From Squalus acanthias (lineage: Eukaryota), in NCBI GenBank assembly GCA_030390025.1, contig CM059438.1:55058001-55122000 (forward strand): 64,000 nt of DNA, written 5' to 3'. The notes beneath the pieces are model-generated. The model had not been told where the DNA came from and searched no databases. It was given only the letters and a program-made list of their open reading frames with translations. Below, piece by piece: positions 1 through 13,085 of this stretch. Every line of letters begins with the position of its first letter. The first letter of the stretch is position 1. The position numbers and the translations under genes were made by a program.

Positions 1-3000
1 GAGGCTGATTTAAACAGCCGAGAGCGGGAGAGGCTGATTTAAACAGAGCGCCGAGAGCGGGAGAGGCTGTTTTAAACAGAGCGCCGAGAGCGGGAGAGGC
101 TGATTTAAACAGAGCTCCGAGAGCGGGAGAGGCTGATTTAAACAGCCGAGAGCGGGAGAGGCTGATTTAAACAGCCGAGAGTGGGAGAGGCTGATTTAAA
201 CAGAGCCGAGAGTGGGAGAGGCTGATTTAAACAGCCGAGAGCGGGAGAGGCTGATTTAAACAGAGCGCCGAGAGCGGGAGAGGCTGATTTAAACAGAGCC
301 GAAAGCGGGAGAGGCTGATTTAAACAGAGCTCCGAGAGCGGGAGAGGCTGATTTAAACAGCCGAGAGCGGGAGAGGCTGATTTAAACAGCCGAGAGTGGG
401 AGAGGCTGATTTAAACAGAGCCGAGAGTGGGAGAGGCTGATTTAAACAGAGCCGAGAGCGGGAGAGGCTGATTTAAACAGCCGAGAGCGAGAGAGGCTGA
501 TTTAAACAGAGCTCCGAGAGCGGGAGAGGCTGATTTAAACAGAGCCGAGAGCGGGAGAGGCTGATTTAAAGAGAGCGCCGAGAGTGGGAGAGGCTGATTT
601 AAACAGAGCCGAAAGCGGGAGAGGCTGATTTAAAGAGAGCGCCGAGAGTGGGAGAGGCTGATTTAAACAGAGCCGAAAGCGGGAGAGGCTGATTTAAACA
701 GAGCCGAGAGCGGGAGAGGCTGATTTAAACAGAGCCCCGAGAGCGGGAGAGGCTGATTGAAACAGCCGATAGCGGGAGAGGCTGATTTAAACAGAGCCGA
801 GAGTGGGAGAGACTGATTTAAACAGAGCCCCGAGAGCGGGAGAGGCTGATTTAAACAGCCGAGAGCGGGAGAGGCTGATTTAAACAGAGCCGAGAGCGGG
901 AGAGGCTGATTTAAACAGAGCCCCGAGAGCGGGAGAGGCTGATTTAAACAGAGCCGAGAGCGGGAGAGGCTGATTTAAACAGCCGATAGCGGGTGAGGCT
1001 GATTTAAACAGAGCCGAGAGCGGGAGAGGCTGATTTAAACAGCCGAGAGCGGGAGAGGCTGATTTAAACAGAGCCCCGAGAGCGGGAGAGGCTGATTTAA
1101 ACAGAGCCGAGAGCGGGAGAGGCTGATTTAAACAGCCGATAGCGGGTGAGGCTGATTTAAACAGAGCCGAGAGCGGGAGAGGCTGATTTAAACAGAGCCG
1201 AGAGCGGGAGAGGCTGATTTAAACCGAGCGCCGAGAGCGGGAGAGGCTGATTTAAACAGAGCCGAGAGCGGGAGAGGCTGATTTAAACAGAGCCGAGACG
1301 GGAGAGCCTGATTTAAACAGCCGAGAGCGGGAGAGGCTGATTTAAACAGAACTCCGAGAGCGGGAGAGGCTGATTTAAACAGAGCCCCGAGAGCAGGAGA
1401 GGCTGATTTAAACAGCCGAGAGTGGGAGAGGCTGATTTAAACAGAACTCCGAGAGCGGGAGAGGCTGATTTAAACAGAACTCCGAGAGCGGGAGAGGCTG
1501 ATTTAAACAGCCGAGAGCGGGAGAGGCTGATTTAAACAGAACTCCGAGAGCGGGAGAGGCTGATTTAAACAGAACTCCGAGAGCGGGAGAGGCTGATTTA
1601 AACAGCCGAGAGCGGGAGAGGCTGATTTAAACAGAACTCCGAGAGCGGGAGAGGCTGATTTAAACAGAACTCCGAGAGTGGGAGAGGCTGATTTAAACAG
1701 AGCGCCGAGAGCGGGAGAGGCTGATTTAAACAGAACTCCGAGAGTGGGAGAGGCTGATTTAAACAGAGCCGAGAGCGGGAGAGGCTGATTTAAACAGAGC
1801 CGAGAGCGGGAGAGGCTGATTTAAACAGAGCCGAGAGTGGGAGAGGCTGATTTAAACAGAGCCGAGAGCGGGAGAGGCTGATTTAAACAGAGCCGAGAGC
1901 GGGAGAGGCTGATTTAAACAGAGCGCCGAGAGCGGGAGAGGCTGATTTAAACAGAGCCGAGAGCGGGAGAGGCTGATTTAAACAGAGCCGAGAGCGGGAG
2001 AGGCTGATTTAAAGAGAGCCGAGAGCGGGAGAGGCTGATTTAAACAGAGCCGAGAGCGGGAGAGGCTGATTTAAACAGAGCCGAGAGCGGGAGAGGCTGA
2101 TTTAAACAGAGCCGAGAGCGGGAGAGGCTGATTTAAACAGAGCCGAGAGCGGGAGAGGCTGATTTAAACAGAGCCGAGAGCGGGAGAGGCTGATTTAAAC
2201 AGAGCCGAGAGCGGGAGAGGCTGATTTAAACAGAGCCGAGAGCGAGAGAGGCTGATTTATACAGAGCTCCGATAGCGGGAGAGGCTGATTTAAACAGAGC
2301 CGAGAGCGGGAGAGGCTGATTTAAACACAGCTCCGAGAGTGGGAGAGGCTGATTTAAACAGAGCGCCGAGAGCGGGAGAGGCTGATTTAAACAGAGCCGA
2401 GAGCGGGAGAGGCTGATTTAAACAGAGCCGAGAGCGGGAGAGGCTGATTTAAACAGAGCCGAGAGCGGGAGAGGCTGATTTAAACAGAGCGCCAAGAGCG
2501 GGAGAGGCTGATTTAAACAGCCGAGAGCGGGAGAGGCTGATTTAAACAGAGCCCCGAGCGCAGGAGAGGCTGATTTAAACAGAGCGCCGAGAGCGGGAGA
2601 GGCTGATTTAAACAGAGCCGAGAGCGGGAGAGGCTGATTTAAACAGCCGATAGCGGGAGAGGCTGATTTAAACAGAGCCGAGAGCGGGAGAGGCTGATTT
2701 AAACAGAGCTCCGAGAGCGGGAGAGGCTGATTTAAACAGAGCCGAGAGCGGGAGAGGCTGATTTAAACAGCCGATAGCGGGAGAGGCTGATTTAAACAGA
2801 GCCGAGAGCGGGAGAGGCTGATTTAAACCGAGCGCCGAGAGCGGGAGAGGCTGATTTAAACAGAGCCGAGAGCGGGAGAGGCTGATTTAAACAGAGCCGA
2901 GACGGGAGAGCCTGATTTAAACAGCCGAGAGCGGGAGAGGCTGATTTAAACAGCCGAGAGCGGGAGAGGCTGATTTAAACAGCCGAGAGCGGGAGAGGCT

Positions 3001-3060
3001 GATTTAAACATAGCCGAGAGCGGGAGAGGCTGATTTAAAAAAAGCTGAGAGCGGGAGAGT
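1..3060 (+). repeat. Minisatellite, 28-32 bp unit GAGAGCGGGAGAGGCTGATTTAAACA(GA)(GC)GCC, about 100 copies, runs off the left edge
   Basis: Directly visible tandem array; it merges into a CR1 5' UTR at about 3061. Confidence 0.97.
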
Positions 3061-3908
3061 CTGCCTCCCTGCGGAGCGAACGGACCTGTGAAAGGGGAAA
3101 AAAAATCAAAGTTTGACCTCACAGGAAAGCAGGTAAGTGATTGTGCGGTGACTACTTCTCTTTTTTTTCTCTCAAGTAGGGCATTGGTTTAAATTAAGGG
3201 CCGTGATTTTAGATTAAAAACTTTACATAGATATTGAAGTGATATTCCAAACTTGAAAACCTAATTCGTTAAATAAAATACAAAAAAGATGGCAGGGCAG
3301 GTGATGTGTTTCGATAGCATGTGGGAGCTGGTGGACACCAGAGTTATCCACTCCGCCAGACTCACCGGCGGCAGCAGCGAGAGCGGCCCTGGGTGGAGAC
3401 TGAGCGCAGAGACCGAGGATTTAAAGAGCGGGGAGAGAGAGAGAGTGGCCCAGACTCACCGGCGGCAGAGGCAGTGAGAGCGGCCCTGGGTGGAGACTGA
3501 GCGCAGAAACTGAGTGCGGTTTAAACAGAGTGCTGCGAGTTGGGTGAGTCAGGGAGTAAGGTGAGGAGTGAAAGGAGGAGCTCCCTTGCTTCGCCTTTGT
3601 TTTTCCTAACTTTTCACCCTGTAGGAATTGGTTCTTACTGTACACCAAGGAAAGAGTCCGAGAGCGGGAGCAGTCAAACAACAACAACTGCGAAACCGCT
3701 AAAGTGACGTCACAACCAGGGAAGGAGCTGATTGGTAAGTAGGACCTGGTGAGTATTTCTACAGTCCAGTCGTTAAAGTCAAAGTAAGGTCTCTAGTTTA
3801 GAGTAAGTAGTGTTTAAAGGGAAGTAAGGTCCCTATAAAATATTCTTTAATTTAAAGGAAGTATTCTTTAATTTAAAGGAAGTAAAGGGAGTAAATTAAG
3901 GGTGGGAC

Positions 3909-4859
3909 ATGGCAGGGCAACTCGGCTGCGTGGAGTGCTCCTCTTGTGCTATGTGGGAAGTCAGGGACACTTTAGATGTCCAGGGCGAACACATGTGCAG
4001 GAAGTGTCTGCAGCTGCAGCTACTCGAAATCCGTGTTTCGGAGCTGGAGCTGCGGCTGGAGTCACTGTGGAGCATCCGCGAAGCTGAGATCTTCGTGGAT
4101 AGCACGTTTAACGAGGTGGTCACACCGCAGGTAAAGAGTGCACAGGCAGACAGGAAATGGGTGACCGCCAAACAGAGTAAAAGAACTAGGAAGGTAGTGC
4201 AGGAGTCCCCTGGGTCCATCTCCCTCTCCAACAGATTTTCCGTTTTGGATACTGCTGGGGGAGATGGATTCTCAGGGGAATGCAGCAAGAGCCAAGTCCG
4301 TGGCACTACAAGTGGCTCAGCTGCACAGGAGGGGAGGAAAAAGAGTGGGAGAGCAATAGTGATAGGTGATTCTATCGTAAGGGGAACAGATAGACGTTTC
4401 TGTGGCCACAGACGTGACTCCAGGACGGTATGTTGCCTGCTGGGTGCCAGGGTCAAGGATGTCACTGAACGGCTGCAGGGCATTCTGAAGGGGGAGGGCG
4501 AACAGTCAGAGGTCGTGGTTCACATTGGTACCAACGACATGGGTAGAAAGAGGGATGAGGTCCTGCAACAAGAATTTAGGGAGCTAGGTAGCAGATTAAA
4601 AAGCAGGACCTCAAAGGTTGTAATCTCTGGATTACTCCCGGTGCCACGTGCTAGTGAGTATAGGAATAGGAGGATAGAGCAGATGAATGCGTGGTTAAAG
4701 AGTTGGTGCAGGAGGGAGGGCTTTAGTTTCCTGGATCACTGGGTCTGCTTCTGGGGAAGGTGGGACCTGTACAAGTCGGACGGGTTGCACCTGAACCGGA
4801 ACGGGACCAACATTCTTGCGGGGAGGTTTGCTAGTACTGTTGGGGGGCGTATAAACTAA
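3909..4859 (+). CDS. CR1 ORF1p: zinc finger/leucine zipper plus SGNH esterase-like domain
   Basis: CxxC...CxxC, heptad leucines, GDS, HIGTND and DGLH motifs in an open 316-aa frame. Confidence 0.92.
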   Translation: MAGQLGCVECSSCAMWEVRDTLDVQGEHMCRKCLQLQLLEIRVSELELRLESLWSIREAEIFVDSTFNEVVTPQVKSAQADRKWVTAKQSKRTRKVVQESPGSISLSNRFSVLDTAGGDGFSGECSKSQVRGTTSGSAAQEGRKKSGRAIVIGDSIVRGTDRRFCGHRRDSRTVCCLLGARVKDVTERLQGILKGEGEQSEVVVHIGTNDMGRKRDEVLQQEFRELGSRLKSRTSKVVISGLLPVPRASEYRNRRIEQMNAWLKSWCRREGFSFLDHWVCFWGRWDLYKSDGLHLNRNGTNILAGRFASTVGGRIN

Positions 4860-4978
4860 CTTGGCAGGGGGATGGGATACGGAGTGGAGCTATAGTAGGG
4901 GTTGATGCACAGCCAAATATAGAGGAAAAAACAAGTCAGCCTGGAAGGCAGAGCAAATATGTAACGGCACAAAGGAGT

Positions 4979-7785
4979 ATGGCAAGGCTGGATGGCATTT
5001 ATTTTAATGCAAGGAGTCTTGCAAGTAAGGCAGATGAATTGAAGGTGTGGGAGTATGATATTGTTGCTATCACAGAGACATGGTTGAGGGAGGGGCAGGA
5101 CTGGCAGCTCAATATTCCGGGGTATAGCATCTTCAGGCGAGACAGAGGGGGGTGTAAAAGAGGGGGGGGGGGTGTCGCAATATTAATCAAGCAGTCAATT
5201 ACTGCTGTAAGGAGGTATGATATCTTAGCAGGTTCCTCTAATAAGGCCATATGGGTAGAACTTAAAAACAAAAAGGGGGCAAGCACTTTGCTGGGAGTGT
5301 GCTATAGGCCCCCAAACAGTCACGGGGAGATAGAGGAACAGATATGTAGGCAAATCTCAGAGAAGTGTAGAAATAATAGGGTAATAATAGTAGGGGATTT
5401 CAACTTCCCCAATATTAACTGGGATAGTCAGAGTGTGAAAAGCTTAGAGGGTGCGGAATTCTTAAAGTGCATCCAGGAGAGCTTTTTGAGCCAGCATGTA
5501 GAAAGTCCTACAAGAGAGGGGGCGGTACTGGACCTAATTCTAGGGAATGTAGCTGGGCAAGTGGTAGAGGTGTCAGTAGGAGAGCATTTTGGTGACAGTG
5601 ACCATAATTCGGTGAGATTTAAGGTAGTCATGGAAAAGGACAAAGATGGACCGGAAATAAAGGTTCTAAATTGGGGGAAGGCCGATTTTAATATGAGAAG
5701 GCAGGATCTGGCCAAAATGGTACTGGGATCAGCTACTTGTAGGAAAATCCACATCAGAGCAATGGGAGTCTTTCAGAAAGGAAATAGAGAGAGTACAACG
5801 CCAACATGTTCCCGTAAAGGTCAAGGGTGGGACCAACAAGCTCAGGGAACCCTGGATGTCAAGGGATATACAAGAATGGATTAGGAAAAAAAGGTTTTTT
5901 ATTGGCAGATACAAAGGACTAAAAACAGTGGAAGCCCTAGAGGAGTATAGAAAGTGCAGGGGGGTACTTAAAAAAGAAATTAGGAGAGCGAAGAGGGGGC
6001 ATGAAAAAACACTGGCGGGCAAAATAAAGGAAAATCCCAAGGTGTTTTATAAGTATATTAAGGGCAAGAGGATAACCAGGGAAAGAGTAGGGCCCATTAG
6101 AGACCAAAGTGGCAATCTGTGTGCAGAGCCGGAAAATGTAGGTGAGGTTTTAAATGAATATTTTGCAACAGTGTTCACTATGAAGAAGGGTGATGTAGGC
6201 ATAGAAATCAGGCAGGGGGATTGTGATATACTTGAACAAATTAGTATTGAGAGGGAGGAGGTACTAGCGGTTTTAGCGTGCTTAAAAGTAGATAAATCCC
6301 CAGGCCCTGACGGGATGTATCCCAGGCTGCTGTGTGAGGCAAGGGAGGAGATTGCAGGGGCTCTGACACAAATTTTCAGAAATTCTCTGGCCACAGGGGA
6401 GGTGCCAGAGGACTGGAGAACAGCTAACGTAGTACCATTGTTCAAGAAGGGTAGTAGGGATAAACCAGGGAATTACAGGCCAGCGAGCCTAACATCAGTG
6501 GTAGAGAAATTTTTGGAAAAAATTCTGAGGGACAGAATTAGTCTCCACTTGGAGAGGCAGGGATTAATCAGGGATAGTCAGCATAGCTTTGTCAGGGGGG
6601 GGATCATGTCTGACCAATTTGATTGAATTTTTCGAGGGGGTGACTGGGTGCGTGGATGAGGGTAGTGCAGTTGATGTGGTCGACATGGACTTCAGTAATG
6701 CTTTTGACAAAGTCCCACATGGGAGACTGGTCAAGAAGGTAAGAGCCCATGGGATCCAGGGCAATTTGGCACATTGGATCCAAAATTGGCTTAGTGGCAG
6801 GAGGCAGAGGGTGATGGTCGAAGGTTGTTTTTGTGACTGGAAGCCTGTGTCCAGTGGTGTACCGCAGGGATCGGCGCTGGGTCCCTTGCTGTTTGTAGTG
6901 TACATTAATGATTTAGATATGAATGTCGGAGGTATGATCAGTAAGTTCGCAGATGACATGAAAATTAGTGGAGTGGTAAATAGCGAGGAGGGAAGCCTCA
7001 GGCTACAGGACGATATAGACGGGATGGTTAGATGGGCAGAACAGTGGCAAATGGAATTTAACCCTGAAAAGTGTGAGGTGATGCATTTTGGGAGGACAAA
7101 CAAGGCAAGGGAATACACAATGAATGGTAGGACCCTAGGAAGGACAGAGGATCAGAGGGACCTTTGTGTGCATGTACATAGATCCCTGAAGGCAGCAGGA
7201 CAGGGAGATAAGGTGGTTAAAAAGGCATATGGGATACTTGCCTTCATTAGCCGAGGCATAGAATATAAGAGCAGGGAAGTTATGATGGAGCTGTACAAAA
7301 CGTTAATTAGGCCACAGCTGGAATACTGTGTGCAGTTCTGGTCACCACACTATAGGAGGGACGTGATTGCATTGGAGAGGGTGCAGAGGAGATTCACCAG
7401 AATGTTACCTGGGCTGGAGCGTTTCAGCTATGAAGAGAGACTGGACAGGCTGGGGTTGTTTTCATTAGAGCAGAGAAGGCTGAGGGGGGACCTGATTGAG
7501 GTGTACAAAATTATGAGGGGCATAGATAGGGTAGATAGAAAGGAACTTTTCCCCTTAGTAGAGGGGTCAATAACCAGGGGGCATAGTTTCAAGGTAAGGG
7601 GCAGAAGGTTTAGAGGGGATTTGAGGAAAAACTTTTTCACCCAGAGGGTGGTTGGAATCTGGAACTCACTGCCTGAAAGGGTGGTAGAGGCAGGAACCCT
7701 CACAACATTCAAGAAGCATTTAGATGAGCACTTGAAACGCCATAGCATACAAGGCTACGGACCAAGTGCTGGAAAATGGGATTAG
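4979..7785 (+). pseudogene. CR1 ORF2 (APE endonuclease + reverse transcriptase) with two frameshifts (about 5720 and about 6600)
   Basis: Three overlapping ORFs carry ETW, YRPP, GDFN, SDH, PGPDG, PQGS and FADD. Confidence 0.93.
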
Positions 7786-9527
7786 AATAGACAGGGCTTG
7801 ATGGCCGGCGCGGACACGATGGGCCGAAGGGCCTCTTTCTGTGCTGTATAACTCTATGACTCTATGACTCTATCTGCAGTAAGTGTTGGCAGCTTGAGGA
7901 ACTTCGGCTCAGAGTTGTTGAGCTGGAGTCCGAGCTTCGGACACTGCGATGCATCAGGGAGGGGGAGAGTTACCTGTACACTTTGATCCAGGAGGCAGTC
8001 AGACCCCTTAGGATAAAAACTTTAAATTTGGTCCGTGGTCAGGGACAGGAGGGTGTGCCTACGAGTGAGGCAGGTATGGGGATCCACAAGGTAGCATTGG
8101 AGGAGCCTCAGCCCTTGCACTTGTCCAACAGGTATGAGGTTTTTGCAGCCTGTGTGGACAAGAGCAGGGACTGCAGGGAGGATGAGCAAACTAACCACAG
8201 CACCGTGGTTCAGGGGGCCATTCAAGTTGGGGGAGTAAAAAGAAATGTAGTAGTGGTAGGGGGTAGTATAGTTAGGGGGACTGAAACTGTTCTCTGCAGC
8301 CGAGAGCTTGAGTCCCGAAGGCTGTGTTGCCTGCCAGAGTTAAGGACATCTCCTCGGGGCTGGAGAGGAACTTGGAGTAGGAGGGGAAGATCCAGTTGTC
8401 GTCATCCATGTAGGAACCAATGACATAGGTAGGACTAAGAAAGAGATTCTGCTGAGGGAGTTTGAGGAGTTAGGATCCAAATTAAAAAGCAGAACCACAA
8501 AGGTAATAATCTCTGGATTACTACCTGAGCCACGAGCAAATTGGTATAGGGTCAATAACATCACAGAGTTGAATGCGTGGCTCAAAGATTGGTGTGGGAA
8601 AAATGGGTTTCGATTCATGGGGCACTGGCACCAGTACTGGGGAAAGAGGGAGCTGTTCCGTTGGGACAGGCTTCACTTGAACCATGCTGGGACCAGTGTC
8701 CTGGCGAATCGAATAACTAGGGCTGTAGATAGGGCTTTAAACTAAATAGTGGGGGGGGAAGGTTCAGGTGAAGGGGAATTTAGAAAGTCAAAGAGAAAGG
8801 AGAAGGCAATAGTGCAGGGTAGCGATAGGGGTTATGATAACCAGAGTGTGACAGGAAGAGACAGAGCGTACAAACATAAGAGTGCATCAGCAAATAGAGT
8901 CAGAGCAGGAAAAAAATGGTAAAAAAACAAAATTAAAGGCTCCTTATCTGAATGCACGCAGCATTCATAACAAGATAGATGAGTTGAAGGCACAAATAGA
9001 AATAAATGGGTATGATCTGATACCCATTACAGAGATGTGGTTGCAAGATGACCAAGGCTGGGAACTGAATAGTCATGGGTATTTGACATTTTGGAAGGAT
9101 AGGCAGAAAGGAAAAGGAGGTGGGGTAGCTCTGTTAATAAAGGATGAGATCAGTGCAGTGGTGAGAAATGATATTGGCTCAGAAGATCAAGATGTAGAAT
9201 CATTTTGGGTGGAGGTAAGAAATAGTAAGGGAAAGAAGTCACTAGTGGGAGTTGTCTATAGGCCCCCTAACAGTAGCTACACTGCAGGACAGAGTATAAA
9301 TCAAGAAATAATGCGGGCTTGTAAGAAAGGTACTGCAATAATCATGGACGATTTTAATCTTCATATAGATTGAACAAATCAAATTGGCAAGGGTAGCCTT
9401 GAGGACGAGTTCATAGAGTGTATTCGGGATGGTTTCTTAGAACAATACGTGTGGTAATGTGTAATGAGACAGGATTAATTAATGATCTCATAGTAAAGGA
9501 TCCTCTAGGGAAGAGTGATCATAGCAT

Positions 9528-9658
9528 ATGGAGCCCAGCACGTGAGTGCAAAAGACAAGGCTGAAGCGTTTGCAACCATCTTCAGCCAGAAGTGCCGAGT
9601 GGATGATCCATATTGGCCTACTCCCAAGGTCCCCACCATCACAGAAGCCAGTCTTCAG
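9528..9658 (+). mobile_element. Short fragment of the second (poly(A)-tailed) LINE family
   Basis: Near copy of 10725-10855 (GAQHVSAKDKAEAFATIFSQKCRVDDP). Confidence 0.85.
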
Positions 9659-9795
9659 TTTGGTTGTTCCTATATACAAAAAGAAAATAGAACAAAACCT
9701 GGGAACTATAGACGGTCAGCTTACCGTCAGTGATTGGAAAGATACTGCAATCTATAGTAAAAGTGATAGAAGAGCATCTGGAGACAAAATATAAT

Positions 9796-10464
9796 CGGCT
9801 GTATTTTCCAATCGGAGGCTTCCCGCGTGCGGAGGCCTCCGATCTGGAAAAAATCTACGCACTTACCTGAGGGCTCCCGAGGTCTGGACACTTCCGCTCC
9901 TGGGCCTCTCCAACTCAAAATGTGCAGGGCCCACGTATCCCAGAGGCGCATGCGGTTCGCAAGCGTCCCTGGGATCACGTGGGCCATGGGGAGCCAATCA
10001 AAGAAGGGAATCTCCCTTCATACACTTGACATATAGACCTGTCAAATATATGAATGGAGATCACCCCAAAAACACTTTAAAACATTAAACATATTTTTTT
10101 TAAATCACATTTTTTAAATTAGTTGAAATTACAATGAATTAAATATTTTAAACAAAAATTTAATTTTTTGAAAAAAATAATAAAAGTTTTCTACGGGGCT
10201 AAAAATAAATGTACCTTTTTTAAAGTATTTTTAAGATTTCTAAGGGTTTTCTGTGGGCGGAGGTTCTCCAGAAAGTGGAACTATCCGCCTGCAAAGACCC
10301 TTCTCCAGCAGGGCAGGCGTCCGATCTGTCAAGAGCATTCTTGACAGATCGGAAATGCCGGTTTTCAGCGCGTGCGCTTCGCATGCCTGAAACCGACATT
10401 TCCGATGTCCCTATAGGTGTGTACACAGCGCGTACACACTCGTAGGGATTGGAATATCCGGCCC
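9796..10464. mobile_element. Harbinger-type MITE (family II) inside a decayed CR1 fragment spanning about 9660-10655
   Basis: Imperfect TIR, AAT target duplication, homologous to 33145-34636. Confidence 0.8.
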
Positions 10465-10655
10465 AATAAAAAATAGTCAGCATGGATTGCGAAATGCTAA
10501 GTCATGTTTTACTAACCTAATAGAATTCTTTGAATTTGAATGGAAAGAGTAGACAAGGGTAATGCAGTAGATGATACATATTTGGATTTTCAAAATACCT
10601 TCGATAAGATAACCCACACGGTAGGTTCATGACAAAGGTTAGGGCATGTGGAGTC

Positions 10656-12468
10656 AGGGTGGTGGACCATTAAACAACGAATGGGAGCGGGAGGCTCCAT
10701 GAATATCCCCATCCTCAATGATGGTGGAGCCCAGCACGTGAGTGCAAAAGACAAGGCTGTAGCATTTGCAACCATCTTCAGCCAGAAGTGCCGAGTGGAT
10801 GATCCATATTGGCCTACTCCTGAGGTCACCACCATCACAGAAGCCAGTCTTCAGCCAATTCGATTCACTCCACGTGATATCAAGAAATGGCTGAGCGCAC
10901 TGGATACAGCAAAGGCTAAGGGCCCCGACAACATCCCGGCTATCGTGCTGAAGACTTGTGCTCCAGAACTAGCCGCGCCTCTAGCCAAGCTGTTCCAGGA
11001 CAGCTACAACACTGGCATCTATCCGACAATGTGGAAAACTGCCCAGGTATGTCCATCCACAAAAAGCAGGAGAAATCCAATCCGGCCAATTACCGCCCCA
11101 TCAGTCTACTCTCAATCATCAGCAAAGTGATGGAAGGTGTCATCGACAGTGCTATCAAGCGGCACTTACTCACCAATAACCTGCTCACTGATGCCCAGTT
11201 TGGGTTCCGCCAAGACCACTCGGCTCCCGACCTCATCACAGCCTTGGTCCAAACATGGACAAAGGAGCTGAATTCCAGTGGTAAGGTGAGAGTGACTGCC
11301 CTTGACATCAAGGCAGCATTTGACCAAGTGTGGCATCAAGGCGCCCTAGTAAAACTGAAGTCAATGGGAATCAGGGGGGAAAACTCTCCACTGGCTGGAG
11401 TCATACTTAGCACAAAGGAAGATGGCTGTGGTGATTGAAGGTCAATCATTACAGCCCCAGAACATCGCTGCAGGAGTTCCTCAGGGCAGTGTCCTAGGCC
11501 CAACTATCTTCAGCTGCTTCATCAATGACCTTCCCTCCAACATAAGGTCAGAAATGGGGATGTTCGCTGATGACTGCACAGTGTTCTGCGCCATTCACAA
11601 CTCCTCAGATAATGAAGCAGTCCATGCCCGCATGCAACAAGACCTGGACGACGTTCAGGCTTGGGCTGATAAGTGGCAGGTAACATTCGCGCCACAGACG
11701 TGCCAGGCAATGACTATCTCCAACAAGCGAGATTCTAACCACCTCCCCTTGACATTCAACGGCATTACCATCGCCGAATCCCCCACCATCAACATTCTGG
11801 GGGTCACAATTGACCAGAAACTTAACTGGACCAGCCACATAAATACTGTGGCAACAAGAGCAGGTCAGAGGCTGGGTATTCTGCGGCGAGTGTCTCACCT
11901 CCTGACGCCCCAAAGCCTTTCCACCATCTACAAGGCACAAATAAGGAGTGTGATGGAATACGCTCCACTTACCTGGATGAGTGCAGTTCCAACAACACTC
12001 AAGAAGCTCAACACCATCCAGGACAAAGCAGCCCGTTTGATTGGCACCCCATCCACCACCTTAAACATTCACTCCCTCCACCACCAGCGTACTATGGCTG
12101 CAGTGTATACCATCTACAAGATGCACTGCAGCAACTCGCCAAGGCTTCTTCGGCAGCACCTCCCAAACCCACGACCTCTTCCACCTAGAAGGACAAGGGC
12201 AGCAGGCGCATGGGAACACCACCACCTCCAAATTCCCCTGCAAGTCACACATCATCCTGACTTAGAAGTATATCGCCAATCCTTCATCGTCGCTAGGTCA
12301 AAATCCTGAAACTCCCTACCTAACAGCACTGTGGGAGTACCTTCACCACACGGACTGCAGCAGTTCAAGAAGGCGGCTCACCACCACCTTCTCAAGGGCA
12401 ACTAGGGATGGACAATAAATGCTGGCCTTGCCAGTGACACCCAGATCCCATAAGCGAATAAAAAAAAA
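10656..12468 (+). mobile_element. 5'-truncated copy of the second APE-RT LINE family
   Basis: RT motifs (GPDNIP, NYRPIS, PQGS, FADD), AATAAA and poly(A) tail; one or two frameshifts. Confidence 0.92.
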
Positions 12469-12683
12469 TGATAGAATTTTAAATTCAGTTTGAGGGTGAG
12501 AAATTTGGGTCTGAAACTAGTGTCCTAAACTTAAATAAAGGCAATTACAAAGGTATGAAGACAGAGTTGGCTAAAGTGGACTGGGAAAATAGATTAAAGG
12601 GTAACACGGTAGATAAGCAGTGGCAGACATTTAAGGAGATATTTCATAACTCTCAGCAAAGGTATATTCCAGTGAGAAAGAAA

Positions 12684-13050
12684 GGGGGAAAAATTCAGTT
12701 GGTTGCGCCTCCCGTTAGCACCTTAAGAGGGCGCTAATGGGGCGCAAAGCATCTAGCGCCCGGGCGCTGTGATGTTTGCGCCGCTCGCAAAATTAACTAG
12801 ACTTTTGCGGCGGCGCTAAACACTACCGCCACGATCTCCTGCGCCGGCAGATCGTGACGTCAGTCGAGTGCGCAACACCCCGGTATCGCCCCGGAGTGGA
12901 TATTGAGTGGCGCCCCCTGCCTTACCGCCTGCCGCTAGCAACGACAGGTTGAGGGGAGCGTTTTGCAGTCAGGAAGGGACTGGGGGAGCGCTATTTAAAG
13001 GCGACTGCTTCCTGCCTTTTATTGTTGGTGACATTTTTGAACCACGCATT

Positions 13051-13085
<35 letters not shown>

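Larger units (their letters stand above)
3351..7873 (+). mobile_element. Near-intact full-length CR1 LINE (element B) inserted in ORF1 of element A
   Basis: 5' UTR, ORF1, ORF2 and (ACTCTATG)n 3' tail all present. Confidence 0.93.

Noticed and set aside
1..3060. CRISPR-like array (constant repeat with variable linker)
   Set aside because: Linkers are 2-6 nt variants of one sequence, not unique spacers; eukaryotic context; no cas genes
3896..7748. Minus-strand ORFs over CR1 copies
   Set aside because: Antisense shadows repeated in every CR1 copy, with no recognisable domains
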